Source of the DNA: Gemmatimonadota bacterium
GTDB lineage: Bacteria; Gemmatimonadota; Gemmatimonadetes; Palauibacterales; KS3-K002
NCBI GenBank assembly: GCA_020344215.1
Contig: CP070815.1
Location: 3,321,296 to 3,385,295, forward strand
Direction: 5' to 3'
Length of the DNA stretch: 64,000 bases
Positions 61,650 through 64,000 of this stretch are shown one piece after another. Made by a program: the position numbers and the translations under genes. The notes under the pieces were generated by a model. It searched no databases and was not told the DNA's origin. It saw nothing but the letters and a program-made list of their open reading frames with translations. Each line of letters starts with the position of its first letter. Position 1 is the stretch's first letter.

Positions 61650-63935
61650 CTACGCGAGAAGCGGTGTCTCCTCCGCCTGCCGCTCCAGAGCATCCACCAC
61701 AGCGATCGCCGTCAGGTTGACGATGTCGCTGACGTCGCTGCCGCGCTGGAGGATGTGCACGGGCTTGGGCATACCCAAGAGAATCGGTCCGATGGCGGTG
61801 GCGCCGCCGATCCGGGCCATGAGCTTGTAGGCGGCGTTCGCGGCGCCCAGGTCCGGGAAGACGAGCACGTTGGCTCGTGACTGGAGCTGGCTGAACGGGT
61901 AGCGGCTCTTGAGGATCTCGGGCACGACCGCTGTGTCCGCCTGCATCTCGCCGTCGACCACCAGGTCGGGGCAGCGTTGCTTAACGATCTCCACGGCTTT
62001 CGCCACCTTGATCGAGTCGGGGTGGCGCGTCGAGCCGAAGTTGGAGAATGAGATCATGGCGACGCGCGGGTCGACGCCCATGCGCTGGGCGAAGCGAGCG
62101 GCGAGTATCGCCGTCTCCGCCAGCGTCTGGGAGTCGGGCGTGATGTTGACGGTGGTATCGGCGAAGAACATGACATCCTTCTCGAGCACCATCATGTAGA
62201 GGCCGGCGATGTGATGTACGGCTGGGCTCACGCCTACGGTCTCGAGGCAGGGGCGCAGCGCTTCCGGATAGTGCATCTCCTCACCGGCGATCAGCCCATC
62301 GGCGTCGCCCATGCGCAGCATCATCGCGGCGAAGTAGATCGGCTTCTCCAAGTATTCCGCCGCCTCGGCCCGGGTGATCCCCTTGCGCTGCCGCACCTTG
62401 TAGAAGTGGTCGACATATTCCTCGCGCCGCGGGTGCTCGGTGGGGTCGACGATCTCCGCTTTCTGCAGATCGATCTCGATCGCGTAGCGCTCCACGGCTC
62501 GCTTTATCCGGTCCGGATTACCGACCAGGATGGGCTGCGCGACCTGCTCTTCCAGGCAGGTACGTGCCGCGTGGAGGATCCGGTCGTCGGTGGCCTCGGG
62601 GAAGACTATGCGCTGCAACTGGGGCGCGTGCTGCGCCTTTACAACGATGTTGCGGGTGACCTCCCGGGCGCGGCCGAGCCGGGCCTCGAGCTCGTTGCGG
62701 TACTCGTCGAGGTCGATCTCGATCCGGGCGGACCCCGATTCCATGGCGGCCTTGGCGACCGCAGGTGCCTCCCAGAGCAGGACGCGCGGGTCGATCGGCT
62801 TCGGGATGAGATAGTCGCGTCCGAAGGTCAGCTTCTTGACGCCGTAGGCGCGGGCCACTTCCTCGGGCACCGGCTCCTTCGCCAGCTCGGCCAGGGCATG
62901 GGTCGCCGCCATCTTCATCGCCTCGTTCGTGGCCCGGGAGCGCACATCGAGAGCGCCGCGGAAGATGAACGGGAAGCCCAAGACGTTGTTCACTTGGTTC
63001 GGGTAGTCGGAGCGACCGGTGGCCATGATCACGTCGTCGCGGGCCCCGAGCGCCTCCTCCGGCAGGATCTCGGGGTCGGGGTTGGCCATGGCGAAGACGA
63101 TCGGGTTGTCCGCCATGACCTTGAGATCGTCGCCGCTGATCACGCCGGGCTGGGAAAGCCCGATGAAGACGTCGGCGCCCTTCAGCGCGTCGGCAACCGT
63201 TCGGTACTTCGTCTTGTGGGCGAAGCGCGCCTTGTACGGATTAAGGTTGTCACGCTCCGACTGGATAACGCCCTTGCTGTCCGTCATGAAGATGTGCTCG
63301 CGCTTCGCGCCCAGCGAGATATAGTGCTCGGCGCAGGCGATACCCGACGCCCCAGCGCCACTCACCACGATGATGACCTCGGCGATATCCTTGCCGGCGA
63401 CCTCCAGGGCGTTCAAAAGGCCCGCCCCGCTGATAATCGCCGTCCCGTGCTGGTCGTCGTGGAAGACCGGGATGCTCAGCCGTTCGATCAGCGTCTCTTC
63501 GATGTAGAAGCAGTCGGGGGCGGCGATGTCCTCGAGGTTGATGCCACCCACAGTGGGCTCGAGCAGTTCACAGAAGCGGATCGTGTCCTCGGGGTCCTGG
63601 CTGCCGACTTCGAGGTCGAACACGTCGATGTCCGCAAACCGCTTGAACAGGACGCCCTTGCCTTCCATCACCGGCTTCGAGGCCAGTGCGCCGATCCGGC
63701 CCAGGCCCAGCACGGCGGTCCCATTAGATACTACGGCGACAAGATTGCCCCGCGCTGTGTACTTGAAGGCCGCGTCTTCGTCTTTGTGGATCTCCCGGCA
63801 GGGCTCTGCGACGCCGGGCGTGTACGCCAGCGATAGGTCGCGCTGGGTGTTGCATGGCTTGGTGACATGCAACGCGATCTTGCCGGGCCGACCCTCCGAA
63901 TGGTAGGCCAGCGCCTCTTCACGTCGGATATGCAT
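61650..63935 (-). CDS. maeB: NADP-dependent malic enzyme (malic enzyme domain + phosphate acetyltransferase-like domain)
   Basis: [39 protein letters not shown]...[12 protein letters not shown]...[11 protein letters not shown]...SGAGASG, and a C-terminal PTA-like domain. Start set at ATG 63935. Confidence 0.9.
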   Translation of the reverse strand: MHIRREEALAYHSEGRPGKIALHVTKPCNTQRDLSLAYTPGVAEPCREIHKDEDAAFKYTARGNLVAVVSNGTAVLGLGRIGALASKPVMEGKGVLFKRFADIDVFDLEVGSQDPEDTIRFCELLEPTVGGINLEDIAAPDCFYIEETLIERLSIPVFHDDQHGTAIISGAGLLNALEVAGKDIAEVIIVVSGAGASGIACAEHYISLGAKREHIFMTDSKGVIQSERDNLNPYKARFAHKTKYRTVADALKGADVFIGLSQPGVISGDDLKVMADNPIVFAMANPDPEILPEEALGARDDVIMATGRSDYPNQVNNVLGFPFIFRGALDVRSRATNEAMKMAATHALAELAKEPVPEEVARAYGVKKLTFGRDYLIPKPIDPRVLLWEAPAVAKAAMESGSARIEIDLDEYRNELEARLGRAREVTRNIVVKAQHAPQLQRIVFPEATDDRILHAARTCLEEQVAQPILVGNPDRIKRAVERYAIEIDLQKAEIVDPTEHPRREEYVDHFYKVRQRKGITRAEAAEYLEKPIYFAAMMLRMGDADGLIAGEEMHYPEALRPCLETVGVSPAVHHIAGLYMMVLEKDVMFFADTTVNITPDSQTLAETAILAARFAQRMGVDPRVAMISFSNFGSTRHPDSIKVAKAVEIVKQRCPDLVVDGEMQADTAVVPEILKSRYPFSQLQSRANVLVFPDLGAANAAYKLMARIGGATAIGPILLGMPKPVHILQRGSDVSDIVNLTAIAVVDALERQAEETPLLA

Positions 63936-64000
63936 TGTCACTTTCTCCCTAAGGTGCGGTGCCAAGAGATCGATTAGTGCAAGACTGAGGCCAGTGGACA

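Noticed and set aside
62211-63836. 541-aa plus-strand ORF
   Set aside because: Antisense to maeB, whose translation carries unambiguous malic-enzyme and PTA-domain motifs. A shadow ORF.

Overview
High-GC bacterial chromosomal window, roughly two-thirds G+C by eye. It is densely coding, with about 55 supportable CDS. I recognised no rRNA, tRNA, CRISPR array, transposase or integrase. The gene content includes CarboxypepD_reg-type TonB-dependent receptors, M14/M61/M24 peptidases, a CBM9/DUF5916 outer-membrane protein, a short RpoD-like sigma factor and Ku+LigD. This hints at a Gemmatimonadota/FCB-like soil or sediment bacterium, but that is inference only. All functional calls come from motif recognition in the supplied translations, with no database search. 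Many long ORFs in the track are antisense shadow ORFs typical of high-GC DNA and were rejected.

The strongest candidate for a novel system is a tightly packed four-gene cassette at 4327-6915:
- a PqqD/RRE-like protein;
- a PRMT-fold SAM methyltransferase with a second C-terminal RRE-like domain;
- a 78-aa mini-protein with a near-consensus twin-arginine (Tat) leader and a His/Pro/Thr/Ser-rich 38-aa tail, translationally coupled by an ATGA overlap;
- an HprK-like P-loop kinase.

The cassette sits divergently from an operon at 177-4290 encoding an ECF sigma, a putative anti-sigma, a Spy/CpxP-like protein, MacA and a MacB-type permease with no ATPase gene. I read this as a possible new RiPP-type or modified-peptide export pathway.

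Other notable observations:
- a dispersed family of about 200-bp inverted-repeat intergenic elements rich in GGGGAWTC. There are three full copies and one mini copy, and some contribute terminal codons to neighbouring ORFs;
- an (AAG)5(ATG)4 trinucleotide repeat forming a gene start;
- an orphan GvpL/GvpF homologue in an operon with deacetylase, methyltransferase and M24 peptidase genes;
- an orphan NurA-like nuclease;
- a radical-SAM + PAP2 membrane-protein pair;
- two low-GC islands containing gene fragments;
- a TonB-receptor remnant inside a peptide-degradation locus.
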